DNA of 64,000 nucleotides from Octopus sinensis (lineage: Eukaryota), in contig NC_043018.1 in NCBI RefSeq assembly GCF_006345805.1, forward strand, positions 22,444,001-22,508,000. The letters run 5' to 3'. Positions within the stretch are counted from its first letter, which is position 1; each line of letters starts with the position of its first letter. The translations under genes were made by a program, and so were the position numbers. The notes beneath the pieces are model-generated. The model did not search any database. It had not been told where the DNA came from and saw only the letters and a list, made by a program, of their open reading frames with translations. This document shows positions 1 through 13,260 of the stretch, piece after piece.

Positions 1-229
1 AATACAACAAACGGGACAGTTTATGCGAACAAGTTCAAGGTTGAAAGTTCAAGGTGAGAAATGTGTAGACGTCGTGGTATATTTTTTAAGGATTTCACAT
101 CAATGCAAAGTCACTTTGATCCGCGAAAGAGAGGTGCAGCCAATGGTAAGTATCCAAGAGGTAAAGAAAATCCAAGGTAGAGGTAAGTGTTGATAGTGGT
201 ATTGGTATACAAGCCACTACGGTTATTTA

Positions 230-685
230 ATGTAAAGTCTTCCTCAAATCACTCTCTTGCTATTTACTCTCTTCCAAGAACATTTTCACTCACTCTTATC
301 TCTTAGCTTCCCATACATTTTACTCATGTATCTATCAGCGTCATAGACAAAACAAATATTACATCGCCATCGCCATCGCATTCTATTGTCTACCTGTCAA
401 CACACACACACGTGAATAGTTTCAGTTTATTCGTTGCACACTGTGTGTGTGCGTTTGCGTGTGCTGTAGCCCAAACTAAGAAAAGCATTTGACATATACA
501 CCACAATGTGAGTTTTCTCTAAATTTTGCTAATTGGGGTTTGAAATTTTAAAAAACCGGACCTGGCAAAACCCGATGCATTCTACTCTTAAAGATGCTAG
601 GTAATTGTAATTGAAGAAATCATATATTGTTGATTTCTATAAGAGACAAAGGGAGGCAGATAAAATCTGCCTTTTATAATATAGA
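230..685 (-). mobile_element. Non-autonomous Helitron, 5' portion (same family as 702-2357)
   Basis: 421-685 aligns by eye with 2090-2357. Ends in the subterminal palindrome AGGCAGATAAAATCTGCCT and TTTTATAATATAGAT, which is A|TC on the minus strand. Confidence 0.6.
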
Positions 686-701
686 TATATATATATATAT
701 A

Positions 702-2357
702 CTAGCAGTATCGCCCGGCGTTGCTCGGGTTTGTTTCGACCCGCTGGAATTGTAATTTTGAAAAGTAAAAATTTTGTGAACATTTTTCTGGTCGAAATAC
801 ACCGAAAAGTGGCGACACAGCAGTGAAAAAATCGTAAAAAATAGGGATTTTCATAGAAAAAAGCATCTTTTTGATGTAAATAATTTTTGGTGTTAACATG
901 GTCCGATTTGAATTTTATGTTCTACGGAAGGAAGAGCAACCCTTCTTCTACCATACTCTCAATTTTGGTCAACTTGCGCCGCAGGGTCTCGGAGGAGATA
1001 GTGTTAGTTGAAGGTTACCATTCTAGGTGCCTGAGTAACAACCTCGCGGATTTACAGATAAATGAATTAATTACTATTTTACAGAATAAAATTAAATAAT
1101 TCTTGAAAATTAATTAATATTAATATTTTTTGAACAAAGTAAATAATTTTTAAAACTTAAATAATAATTTTTTTTACACAAACGCGAACGGGGAAAAGGG
1201 GTGGCGAATTCAATTTACATACCTAAATTTTTTCTTTTTCATGAGATTGTAGCAAAATAGTAGTGAATTATATAAATACCAGCAGTAAATTTTTTTTTCT
1301 GGGGTATTTTTTTTCAACCTCGTCACATATTTGCCCCTTTCAATTTAAACAAAGTCTTAATTAAGCAATTACGGCAGCTTAGCAATGGTTTCAATACAGG
1401 CGTGACATGTGTATCTCAATTGTTCAAAACCCTTCGAATTTTTCGCACGTGATGATATCATAGTAAAAACTTCAATTACGCGCGCTTAGAAGTACGCTCG
1501 CAAATTAATACTACCAAAATTTTGAAGTTCGCGCCCGCTGTTGTGTGTGTGTGTGTCGTGCTTTAGGTGTACGTAGGTATGTGTTTTTTGTGGTGTGTGT
1601 CACTGAAGCCATACATATATACATACATAACCTCTCTCTCTCTTTTCTCTCTCAGTCACTCACTACAAAAAGTGAAAAAAAAAGTTCAGTTATTCTGTCT
1701 TTCACTCTGTCTGTCTCTTTACACACACTAACAAAAGCACTTCACTTACACACCACACTTTCTGTGTCGCACAACCCATCAAACACACACACACACAACA
1801 CACACACTCACGCACGCAACATGTACATCAATGCTTTCGGAGTGAAATGTTAAAATATTGAGTTTTCTCGAATTTTGTCTTAATTGGGGGTGAAATTGAA
1901 AGAAATATATTATGGCATGACCGAATGGAGTACTTTGAAAAATCTTAGGTAAACTCTAATTGAAGAAATTGTGTGAGAGAGTAAATCGTTATGTATTTAT
2001 TTGTTTCTGTTGCTGTGTTTTTTTATTTTTTGAGTAGTAGTGTGTTTAAATACTTTCAGTTTAGTCTTCCTCAAATCACTCTGTCGCTATTACTTTCATT
2101 TTATTCGTGCACACTGTGTGTGTGCGTGTGCGTGTGGTGTAAACCACATTAAGAAAAGCATTTGACATACACACCAGAATGTGAGTTTTCTGTAAATTTT
2201 GCTTAATTGGAGTTTAAATTTAAAAACTGGACCTGGCATGACCCGATGCATTCTACTCTTAAAAATGCTAGGTAAATTGTAATTGAAGAAATCCTATATT
2301 GTAGATTTCTATAAGTTACAAGGGAGGCAGATAAAATCTGCCTTTTATAATAAGAGA
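702..2357 (-). mobile_element. Non-autonomous Helitron, both termini present
   Basis: Minus strand starts A|TC at 2357 and ends CCCGAGCAACGCCGGG (hairpin) + CGATACTG + CTAG|T at 702. These are the canonical 5'-TC, 3'-CTAG, subterminal hairpin and AT target site. No Rep/Hel ORF. Confidence 0.75.
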
Positions 2358-3310
2358 TATATATATATACCGCTTGGATCGCTTTCAATGCCAATACGTC
2401 CCGTCCGATTCGCTCCAAAATTTACAGGGACATGTAGAAATAGGTGACGAAGCTCGTGGGCTACCTTAGAAATCCCTATCTTAAAAGGTTGTGGTTGCTA
2501 GGGGCATCTCTCCTCACTCACGCTATTTCCTCCTACCCTCTCACTCCCCTTTATGTATAACTTTGATAGATCCACTACCGTTATTAAAGTATCTGTCACT
2601 CTCGCTATATCCTCTCTTTTTCACTCACTCTGTTTCTACCTTCCCATTACATCGGCGTTCTTTTACGTATCTGTCTGTCACCAACAACACACGAGCATGA
2701 GAACAAATATTATGAATCAGATATTCTTGCGTTCATTTATATGTATGTGTGTGTGGGTGTTCTATATATAAATATGTATATATAATGTATGTGTGTGTGT
2801 GTGTTCTATATATGAATATGTATATATAATGTATATGTGTGTGTGTGTTCTATATATAAATATGTATATATAATATATGTGTGTGTGTTCTATATATAAA
2901 TATGTATATATAATGTATATATACAAAGTGTATATATCTGTAGTTATGTATATTAAACTTTCTCATACTTTTTCATAGTTATATATATTTTTAAACAAAT
3001 TATAAATATAATTTAATAATTTTTATTTTCAATTTAATTTAAATTTTTCTATTTTATATTTTCTATATTATATTTTTTTATGTTTTTTTTTGGTTTTTCA
3101 CTGTTTGATTTGCCTAAAAATTCCATTTTTCACTTTTATGATTATACCCAGAGTGCTCTAATCGAATATGAACTGTCTTCCCATTGGCGGACGTTTGTCT
3201 TTTTTTTTTGAAACGAACACAGCCCCTCTTCGTTTTAAAACAATAAAACAATACTACCTAATACATTGGTCCAACAAACAAAACATCACCCACTCTCATT
3301 CTTTTATGTA

Positions 3311-3878
3311 TCTGAGAATGTGTGTCTGTCTGTCTGTGTGTTTCCCTAAAACTTGAGAACTACACAACAATTTCATTCAAATTTTACACATGACTTACTT
3401 AGGGTATAAGGAGTGTGTTGAGCTGGGCTCTGGGTGCCATTGGGCTCACTGTCCACGGCTACGAGACCACAGTGAGCGCTATGGCGACCAGAGCTCGCCC
3501 TGGGCGCCATTGGGCTCACTGTCCACGGCTACGAGACCACAGTGAGCGCTATGGCGACCAGAGCTCGCTCTGGTCGCCACAGCTTCACGAGGGAGGGAAG
3601 AAAGGAGATAAGCAACACAGGTGCAGGCGTGAGCATGGACGCCAACTCGCCGCCATCGACACACGAAAAAATATGCGTTAAAATGGAAAAAGAAATGATG
3701 TTAATTATTTTTAAAATAGACTCACCGTAGACGCGCGCTAATACCCAGACGGGCTCGATATGAATCACAGCTATAAGGTACCCGAATTTGGTTAAACTGC
3801 ACCGCAAAATGTGGGAGTAGTTAGGAATCTAAACGTAGGAGACAGACAATCACACAACTACAGTTTTATATATATAGA
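3311..3878. mobile_element. Composite of two Helitron 5' ends facing inward
   Basis: Left end A|TCTGAGAATGTGTGTCTGTCTGTC on +. The right part (3680-3878) matches the 5' half of the minus-strand Helitrons at 20530-20925 and 25422-25813. Confidence 0.5.
3428..3578 (+). repeat. Two copies of the 70-bp palindromic unit
   Basis: CTCTGGG(T/C)GCCATTGGGCTCACTGTCCACGGCTACGAGACCACAGTGAGCGCTATGGCGACCAGAG twice. Same unit and same CTTAGGGT left flank as the array at 17245. Confidence 0.9.
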
Positions 3879-4200
3879 TATGTATATATAAGGATGTGTG
3901 TGTTCTATATATAAATATGTTATATAATGTATGTGGTGTGTGTGTGTGTGTGTGTTCTATATATAAATATGTATATTATGTATATATACAAAGTGTATAT
4001 ATCTTTATTTATGTATGTTAAACTTTTCATACTTTTTCATAGTTATATATATTTTTAAACAAATTATAAAATAATTTATAATTTTTATTTTCAATTTGTG
4101 TTTGGTTTTTCACTGTTTGATTTGCCTATTAGTGGTTTTATCTCTAATTTAATTTATACAGATCTATATCTCATTTGTATACATTTGTATATATAATGCG

Positions 4201-4276
<76 letters not shown>

Positions 4277-5159
4277 GTGTGCATTAGGTAGTCGGTCGAT
4301 TCAGCTGAAAATATGCATACCTATGTTAAAAGTGCTGGCAAGTTTGCATGACAACTATTTTTTTCCTCAAATGAAAGGCTTCACATCTAGGACAAAATTC
4401 CTCATCTTATAAAATGTGGCCCCAGTAGACCCGAATGAAATCGGGTTATGTTAACCAAAATGTGAAAAGTGGTCTAAATGGGGCTGGAATGGGATTAAAA
4501 TTTAAAGGAGCGGGTGTTTAGGAATTCTCTGTTACATCAAGCTAAAAAATTTGCGCCAGCCTTTTAATCGTCAATGTGTTGCCGTCCATGATAAAGAGTC
4601 CATGATAAAGAGTCCATGGTGAGTCTACTGTCGTGAGAAAGAATCACTTCAAAACTTGGTGTTTACGAATTTTCTTTTACATCAAGTTGAAAATTTTACG
4701 CCAGTCGTTAAACTGTCACTACGTTGCTGTCCGTCGTTAAGAAGTGCCAGCCATGGTGACTCTACTATCCTCAGATTCTATCACTTCAAACTTTGGTTTC
4801 CAATATTTTACTATTTTTCTTCAGCTCGCAAGTCCGTCTGTCCCTCCCTTTTAAATGTTAGCATTTTGCTGTCTGCCTTGAAGCAGACTTTTCCATTATC
4901 ACTGCCTCATATTCTGATTGATCTTTCTAAATATTTTATTTTTCAAATTACTCAAGATCTTCTGTTGTTTATAAATGTGAGAGAGATAGATAAAGATAGA
5001 GAGTAAGAGAAAGCGAGGAAGAGTCCGAGAGATAAGAAAACTAAGAGAGTGGGAAAGTGAGAGAGAAAGGAGAGAGAAGAAAAAGATACGGAAAATCATC
5101 ATCACCATCATCATGGTTTAACGCCCGTTTTCCGTGCTAGCAAGGCTTGGACAGTGTAT

Positions 5160-8100
5160 ACATTCAATACATTTATATATATATATATATATATATTATA
5201 GATATATATATATATATATATATAAATATATATAATGTATACATTTATATATATATATATATATATAATATGTATTATATATATATATACATATAAATAT
5301 ATATAATTTGTATACATTTTATACATATAATATAAATAATTTGTATACATTTATATACATATATATAATTTGTATACATTTATATACATATATATAATTT
5401 GTATACATTTATATACATATATATATTTGTATACGTTTATATACATATATATAATTGGTTACATTTATATACATATATATAATTTGTATACGTTTTAATA
5501 CATATAAATAATTTGTATACGTTTATATACATATATATAATTTGTATACGTTTATATACATATATATAATTTGTATACTTTATATACATATATATAATTG
5601 TATACATTTATATACATAATATATTTGTATACATTTATATACATATATATAATTTGTATACATTTATATACATATATATAATTTGTATACATTTATATCA
5701 TATATATAAGTTGTATACATTTATATATATATATAATTTGTATACGTTATATACATATATATAATTTGGATACATATATATAATTTGTATATATTTGTAT
5801 ACATATATATAATTTGTATATATTCATATACACATGTATAATTTGTATATATTCATATACACATGTATAATTTGTATATATTCATATACACATGTATAAT
5901 TTGTATATATTCATATCACATAATAATTTGTATATATTCATATACAAATATATAATTTGTATATATATCATATATATAATTTGTATATATTATATATATG
6001 TTATAAATATATACAAATTATATGTATAATTATATATAGTTGTATACATTTATATACAAATATATAATTTGTATACGTTTATATACATATATATAATGTA
6101 TACATATATATATTTGTAAGATATATATAATTTGTATATATTTGTATACAGATATATAATTTGTATATATTGTATACAGATATATAATTTGTATATATTT
6201 GTATACAGATAAATAATTTGTTATATTATATTCATATAATAATTGTATATATTTATTGCATATATATATTTTGTATATATTCATATGCATATATATAATT
6301 TGTATATATTTATATAACATATATATAATTTGTATATATTTGTATGCATATATATAATTTGTATATATTTATGTGCATATATATAATTTGTATATATTCA
6401 TATGCATATATATAATTTGTATATATTCATATGCATATATATAGTTTGTATATATTCATATACATATATATAATTTGTATATATTCATATACGTATATAT
6501 AATTTGTATATCTTCATATACGTATGTATAATTTGTATATCTTCATATACATATATGTAATTTGTATATCTTCATATACATATATGTAATTTGTATATCT
6601 TTATATACATATATATAATTTGTATATCTTTATATACATATATGTAATTTGTATAGCTTCATATACCTATATGTAATTGTATGTCTTCTATACATATATT
6701 TAAATTGGATATCTCATATACATATATGTAATTTGTATATATTCAGATACAATAGGTAATTTGTATATCATCATATACATATATGTAATTGTATATATTC
6801 ATATACATATATATAATTTGTATATATTCATATACATATAAATAATTTATATATATCATATACATATATATAATTTGTATATCTACATATACATATATGT
6901 AATTGGTATATATTCATATACATATATGTAATTTGTATATATTTCATATTATATATATAATGCTGTATATTCATATACATAAAATAATTTGTATATATTC
7001 ATATACATATAATAATTTGTATATCTTCATATACATACATGTAATTTGTATATATTCATATACATATATATAATTTGTATATATTCATATACATATATAT
7101 AATTTGTATATATTCATAACATATATATAATTTGTATATATTCATATACATATAAATTGTATTATATTCATATACATATATATAATTGTATATATTATAT
7201 ACATATATATAATTTGTATATGTCATATACATATATATAATTTGTATATATTCATATACATATATATATTTTGTATATATTCATATACATATATATAACT
7301 TGTATATATTCATATACATATATATAATTTGTATATATTCATATACATATATATAATTTGTATATATTCATATACATATATATAATTTGTATATATTCAT
7401 ATACATATATATAATTGTATATATTCATATACATATATATAATTTGTATATATTCATATACATATATATAATTTGTATATATTCATATACATATATATAA
7501 TTTGTATATATTTATATACAAATATAAAATTTGTATATATTTATATACATATATATAATTTGTATATATTTATATACATATATATGATTTGTATATATTT
7601 ATATATATGTATATAAATATATACTAATTATATTTATAATTATATATATTTTGTATATATTTATATACAAATATACAATTTGTATACGTTTATATACGTA
7701 TATATAATTTGTATACATTTATATACATATATATATAATTTGTATACATTTATATACATATATATAATTTGTATACATATATACATATATATAATTTGTA
7801 TGCATATATATAATTTGTATATCTTCATATACATATATATACTTTGCATATTTTCATATACATATATGTAATTTGTATATATTCATATACATATATGTAA
7901 TTTGTATATATTCATATACATATATGTAATCGTATATCTTCATATACATAATGTAATTTGTATATCTTCATATACATATATAAATTTGTATATATATTCA
8001 TATACATATAAATAATTTGTATTATTCATATACATATATATAATTTGTATACCTTCATATACATATATGTAATTTGTATATCTTCATATACATATATGTA

Positions 8101-11100
8101 ACTTGTATATCTTCATATACATATATGTAATTTGTATATATTCATATACATATAAATAATTTGTATATATTCATATACATATATATAATTTGTATACCTT
8201 CATATACATATATGTAATTTGTATATATTCAGATACATATAGGTAATTTGTAGATCTTCATATACATATATGTAATTTGTATATATTCATATACATATAT
8301 ATAATTTGTATATCTACATATACATATATGTAATTTGTATATATTCATATACATATATGTAATTTGTATATATTCATATACATATATATAATCTGTATAT
8401 ATTCATATACATATAAATAATTTGTATATCTTCATATACATATATGTAATTTGTATATATTCATATACATATATATAATTTGTATATATTCATATACATA
8501 TATATAATTTGTATATATTCATATACATATATATAATTTGTATATATTCATATACATATATATAATTTGTATATATTCATATACATATATATAATTGTAT
8601 ATATGCATATACATATATATAATTTGTATATATTCATATACATATATATAATTTGTATATATTCATATACATATATATAATTGTATATATTCATATACAT
8701 ATATATAATTTGTATATATTCATACTACTATATAATTTGTATATATTCATATACATATATATAATTTGTATTATTCATATACATATATATAACTTGTATA
8801 TATCATATACATATATATAATTTGTATATATTCATACATATATATAATTGTATATATTCATATACATATATATAATTTGTATATTCATATACATATATAT
8901 AATTTGTATATATTCATATACATATATATAATTTGTATATATTCATATACATATATAATAATTGTATATATTCATATACATATATATAATTTGTAATATT
9001 TATATAAAATATAAAATTTGTATATATTTATATACATATATATAATTTGTATATATTTATATACATATATGATTTGTATATATTTATGTATATGTATATA
9101 AAATATACTAATTATATTTATAATTATATATATTTTGTATATATTTATACAAATATACAATTGTATACGTTTATATACTATATATAATTTGTATACATTT
9201 ATATACATATATATATAATTTGTATACATTTATATACATATATATAATTTGTATACATATATACATATATATAATTTGTATGCATATATATAATTTGTAT
9301 ATCTTCATATACATATATATACTTTGCATATTTTCATATACATATATGTAATTTGTATATATTCATATACATATATGTAATTTGTATATATTCATATACA
9401 TATATGTAATTCGTATATCTTCATATACATATATGTAATTTGTATATCTTCATATCCATAATATAATTTGTATATATATTCATATACATATAAAAATTGT
9501 ATATATTCATATACATATATATATTTGTATACCTTCATATACATATATGTAATTTGTATATATTCAGATACATATAGGTAATTTGTAGATCTTCATATAC
9601 ATATATGTAATTTGTATATATCATATACATATATATAATTTGTATATTACATATACATATATGTAATTGTATATATTCATATACATATATGTAATTTGTA
9701 TATATTCATATACATATATATAATCTGTATATATCATATACATATAAATAATTTGTATATCTTCATATACATATATGTAATTTGTATATATTCATATACA
9801 TATATATAATTTGTATATATTCTATACATATATATAATTGTATATATTCATATACATATATATAATTTGTATATATTCATATACATATATATAATTTGTA
9901 TATATTCATATACATATATATAATTTGTATATATGCATATACATATATATAATTTGTATATATTCATATACATATATATAATTGTGTATATATTCATATA
10001 CATATATATAATTTGTATATATTCATATACATATATATAATTTGTATATTCCATATACATATATATAATTTGTATATATTCATATACATATATATAATTT
10101 GTATATATTCATATACATATATATAATTTGATGTATTCATATACATATAATAATTTGTATGTATTCATATACATATATAATTGGTTTATATTCATATACA
10201 TATATATAATTTGTATATATTCATATACATATATATAATTTGTATATATTCATATACATATATATAATTTGTATATATTCATATACATAGATATAATTTG
10301 TATATATTCATATACATATATATAATTTGTATATATTCATATACTATATATAATTTGTATATATTCATATACATATATATAATTTGTATATATTCATATA
10401 CATATATATAATTGTATATATTCTATACATATATTAATTTGTATATATTCATATACATATATAATTTGTATATATTCATATACATATATATAATTTGTAT
10501 ATATTCATATACATATATATAATTTGTATTATATTCATATACATATATATAATTTGTATATATTCATATACATATATATAATTTGGATATATTCATATAC
10601 ATATATATAATTTGTACATATTCATATACATATATATAATTTGTATATATTCATATATATAACTTGTATATATTCATATACATATATATAATTTGTATTA
10701 TCATATACATATATATAATTTTATATATTCATATACAATATATAATTTGTATATATTCATATACATATATATAATTTGTATATATTCATATACATATATA
10801 TAATTTGTATATATTCATATACATATATATAATTTGTATATATTTATATACAAATATAAAATTTGTATATATTTATATACATATATATAATTTGTATATA
10901 TTTATACATAATATAATTTGTATATATTTATATACATATATATAATTTGTATATATTTATATATATGTATAAAATATATACTAATTATATTTATAATTAT
11001 ATATATTTTGTATATATTTATATACAAATATACAATTGTATACGTTTATATACGTATATATAATTGTATACGTTTATATACGTATATATAATTTGTATAC

Positions 11101-11245
11101 GTTATATACATATATAATTTGTATACATTTATATACATATATATAATTTGTATACATTTTATTACATATATATAATTTGTATACATATATACATATATAT
11201 AATTTGTATGCATATATATAATTTGTATATCTTCATAGACATATA
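5160..11245. repeat. AT-rich 29-bp satellite, left block
   Basis: Unit AATTTGTATATATTCATATACATATATAT; period 29 measured at 7326/7355. Contains variant sub-domains and kb-scale higher-order blocks. Confidence 0.95.
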
Positions 11246-13260
11246 CAAATGTGCAACTCTCCCATGAAAAAGAAAGAGCAGACAAAGAAGCCTGGGCTAT
11301 AACAAAAAAAAAAATCTAACCCAGAGCTTTCTACAGTATGCCAAAGAAACAGCTACAGTGCACTGTAGAATAGGGCCACTCCTCGAAAAGTATGGCACAC
11401 TTACAGGATAACCAATGAGGGTAAGTGAAATACTGAATGAGCAATTCAAGAGTGTTTTCACTCCACCCCTTGGGCATCTCCAAATCACCAATCCAACTGA
11501 CATTTTTACCACTGCAGATATAAAATCAGAGGCGGCGACGATAGATTACATCGATATAAAGGAAGACGATGTAACCAAGGCTATAGATTGAAATGAAAAC
11601 AGACTCAGCTACTGGCCCCGATGGATTCCCGGCAATCCTCCTAAAAGCATGTAAGAGAGTCCTAGCAAGACCACTGCAGTTCCTCTTTCAGAGCTTCCTT
11701 GCAGCTGGCAAACTTCCAGGAAAACTGAAGGAAGGGAAAATATGCCCCATTCATAAAGGAGGTAGCAGAGCGGAAGCCAAGAACTATAGACCTATCTCTG
11801 ACCTCACACATCAGCAAGGTCATGGAACGAATAGTCAGAAGGAAGCTGATCACCTTCCTTGAAGAGAATGACTTGCTGCCCGACACTCAACATGGTTTCC
11901 GACCAGGGAGAAGCTGTTTAACTCAGCTCCTACAACACTATGACTGGGTGCTGAAACGGCTGCTCAACCACTCAAATGTGGAAGTGATATATCTCGACTT
12001 TGCAAAGGCCTTTGATAAAGTCGATCATGGAATGTTATGTCACAAACTGCGTGATCTCAACATAGTTGGAAAACTGGGAGAATGGCTTCATGACTTTGTG
12101 AAGGATAGAAGTCAGGTGGTAGTAGCCAATGGGGCCACCTCCATTAACACACAAATAGTGAGCGGTGTTCCGCAGGGCACTGTTCTGGGACCACTACTGT
12201 TCATAATGGCCCTCTCAGACATGCCCTCAGCCACGCAGAGAGCCACGATCACAAGTTATGCAGATGATACAAAAGTTTCACAGGCAATACAGAACCCTGA
12301 GGACACTAAACACCTGCAATGTGAGCTGGACGAAATATACAAGTGGGCTGAAAAGAATAGCATGCAGTTCAATGCTGGAAAGTTTCAAGCTTTATACTAT
12401 CAGCATGCAAAACTGAATGCAATACCCAATGAATACACTGGACCCGGAGGGATTGCAATCCCAGAGGCACAATCAGTGCGTGTCCTGGTATTCACATGAG
12501 TGATGACGCGACCTTTCATGTACATGTTGCTAAAATGACAATGAAATGTAGACGGCTGGCTGGATGGATTCTTAGAACCTTTAGAACAAGAGAACAAGAA
12601 ACCATGATGGTCATCTGGAAGACACTTGTCCTAAGCCACTTTGACTATTGCTCTCAGCTATGGTCACCATCCAGTGTCAAGTTGATCACAGAACTTGAGG
12701 CGATCCGACGAAGCTACACAAAGAAGATAGCCTCTATGCAGAATGTAAGCTACTGGGAAAGACTCAAGAGATTAAAATTATATTCCCTGGAGCGTAGGCG
12801 GGAAAGATATGCCATAAGATACATCTGGAAGATCCTGGAGGGAAGTGTCCTGAACTTTGGCATCGAGAGTTACGCAAATGCCAGAACTGGGCGCCACTGC
12901 GTGGTGCCTAGGACTCCAAACCTGCCATCAAGATGTAGGACAAGATTCTGTGATAGCCTGGGCTTCCGAGGCCCACAGCTCTTCAATATCCTCACGAAGA
13001 ACCTGAGAGACCTGCATGGGGTGGATACAGATGTCTTTAAAATGAAGCTGGATCTCTTCCTGTCAGGTGTCCCAGATGAACAAACTTCACGGCAGGAGGG
13101 GCAGATGAGGGCAGCTGCATCGAACTCTCTCATGCACAAAATAGCATTTGCGAGAAAGCCTCCATGAAGTGAAACCAAGTAGCAACACCAAATGGCGGTG
13201 CCCCAGCATGGCCACAGCTCATAAGCTGAAACTAGAATCAATCAATCAATCAATCAATCA
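11246..13260 (+). mobile_element. 5'-truncated non-LTR retrotransposon (CR1/L2 group, Jockey superclade) with (AATC)n tail
   Basis: RT motifs GPDG, YRPIS, QHGFRPGRSC, YLDFAKAFDKV, GVPQGTVLGPLLF and YADD; C-terminal YSLERRRERY...RAAASNSL. No APE domain. Tail (AATC)n; probable short CATATA target duplication. Clade assignment is from recalled motifs. Confidence 0.92.
11593..13167 (+). pseudogene. LINE ORF2 reverse transcriptase, frameshifted into three ORFs (11593-11862, 11822-12499, 12496-13167)
   Basis: The ORF-track segments join into one RT plus C-terminal domain; YADD at ~12257. The frameshifts may be decay or read error. Confidence 0.9.

Larger units (their letters stand above)
2880..4127 (+). 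repeat. ~200-bp degenerate direct repeat (2880-3115 and 3950-4127)
   Basis: Shared strings such as TATACAAAGTGTATATATCT, CATACTTTTTCATAGTTATATATATTTTTAAACAAATTATAAA and TTTGGTTTTTCACTGTTTGATTTGCCTA occur in both copies. Confidence 0.6.
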
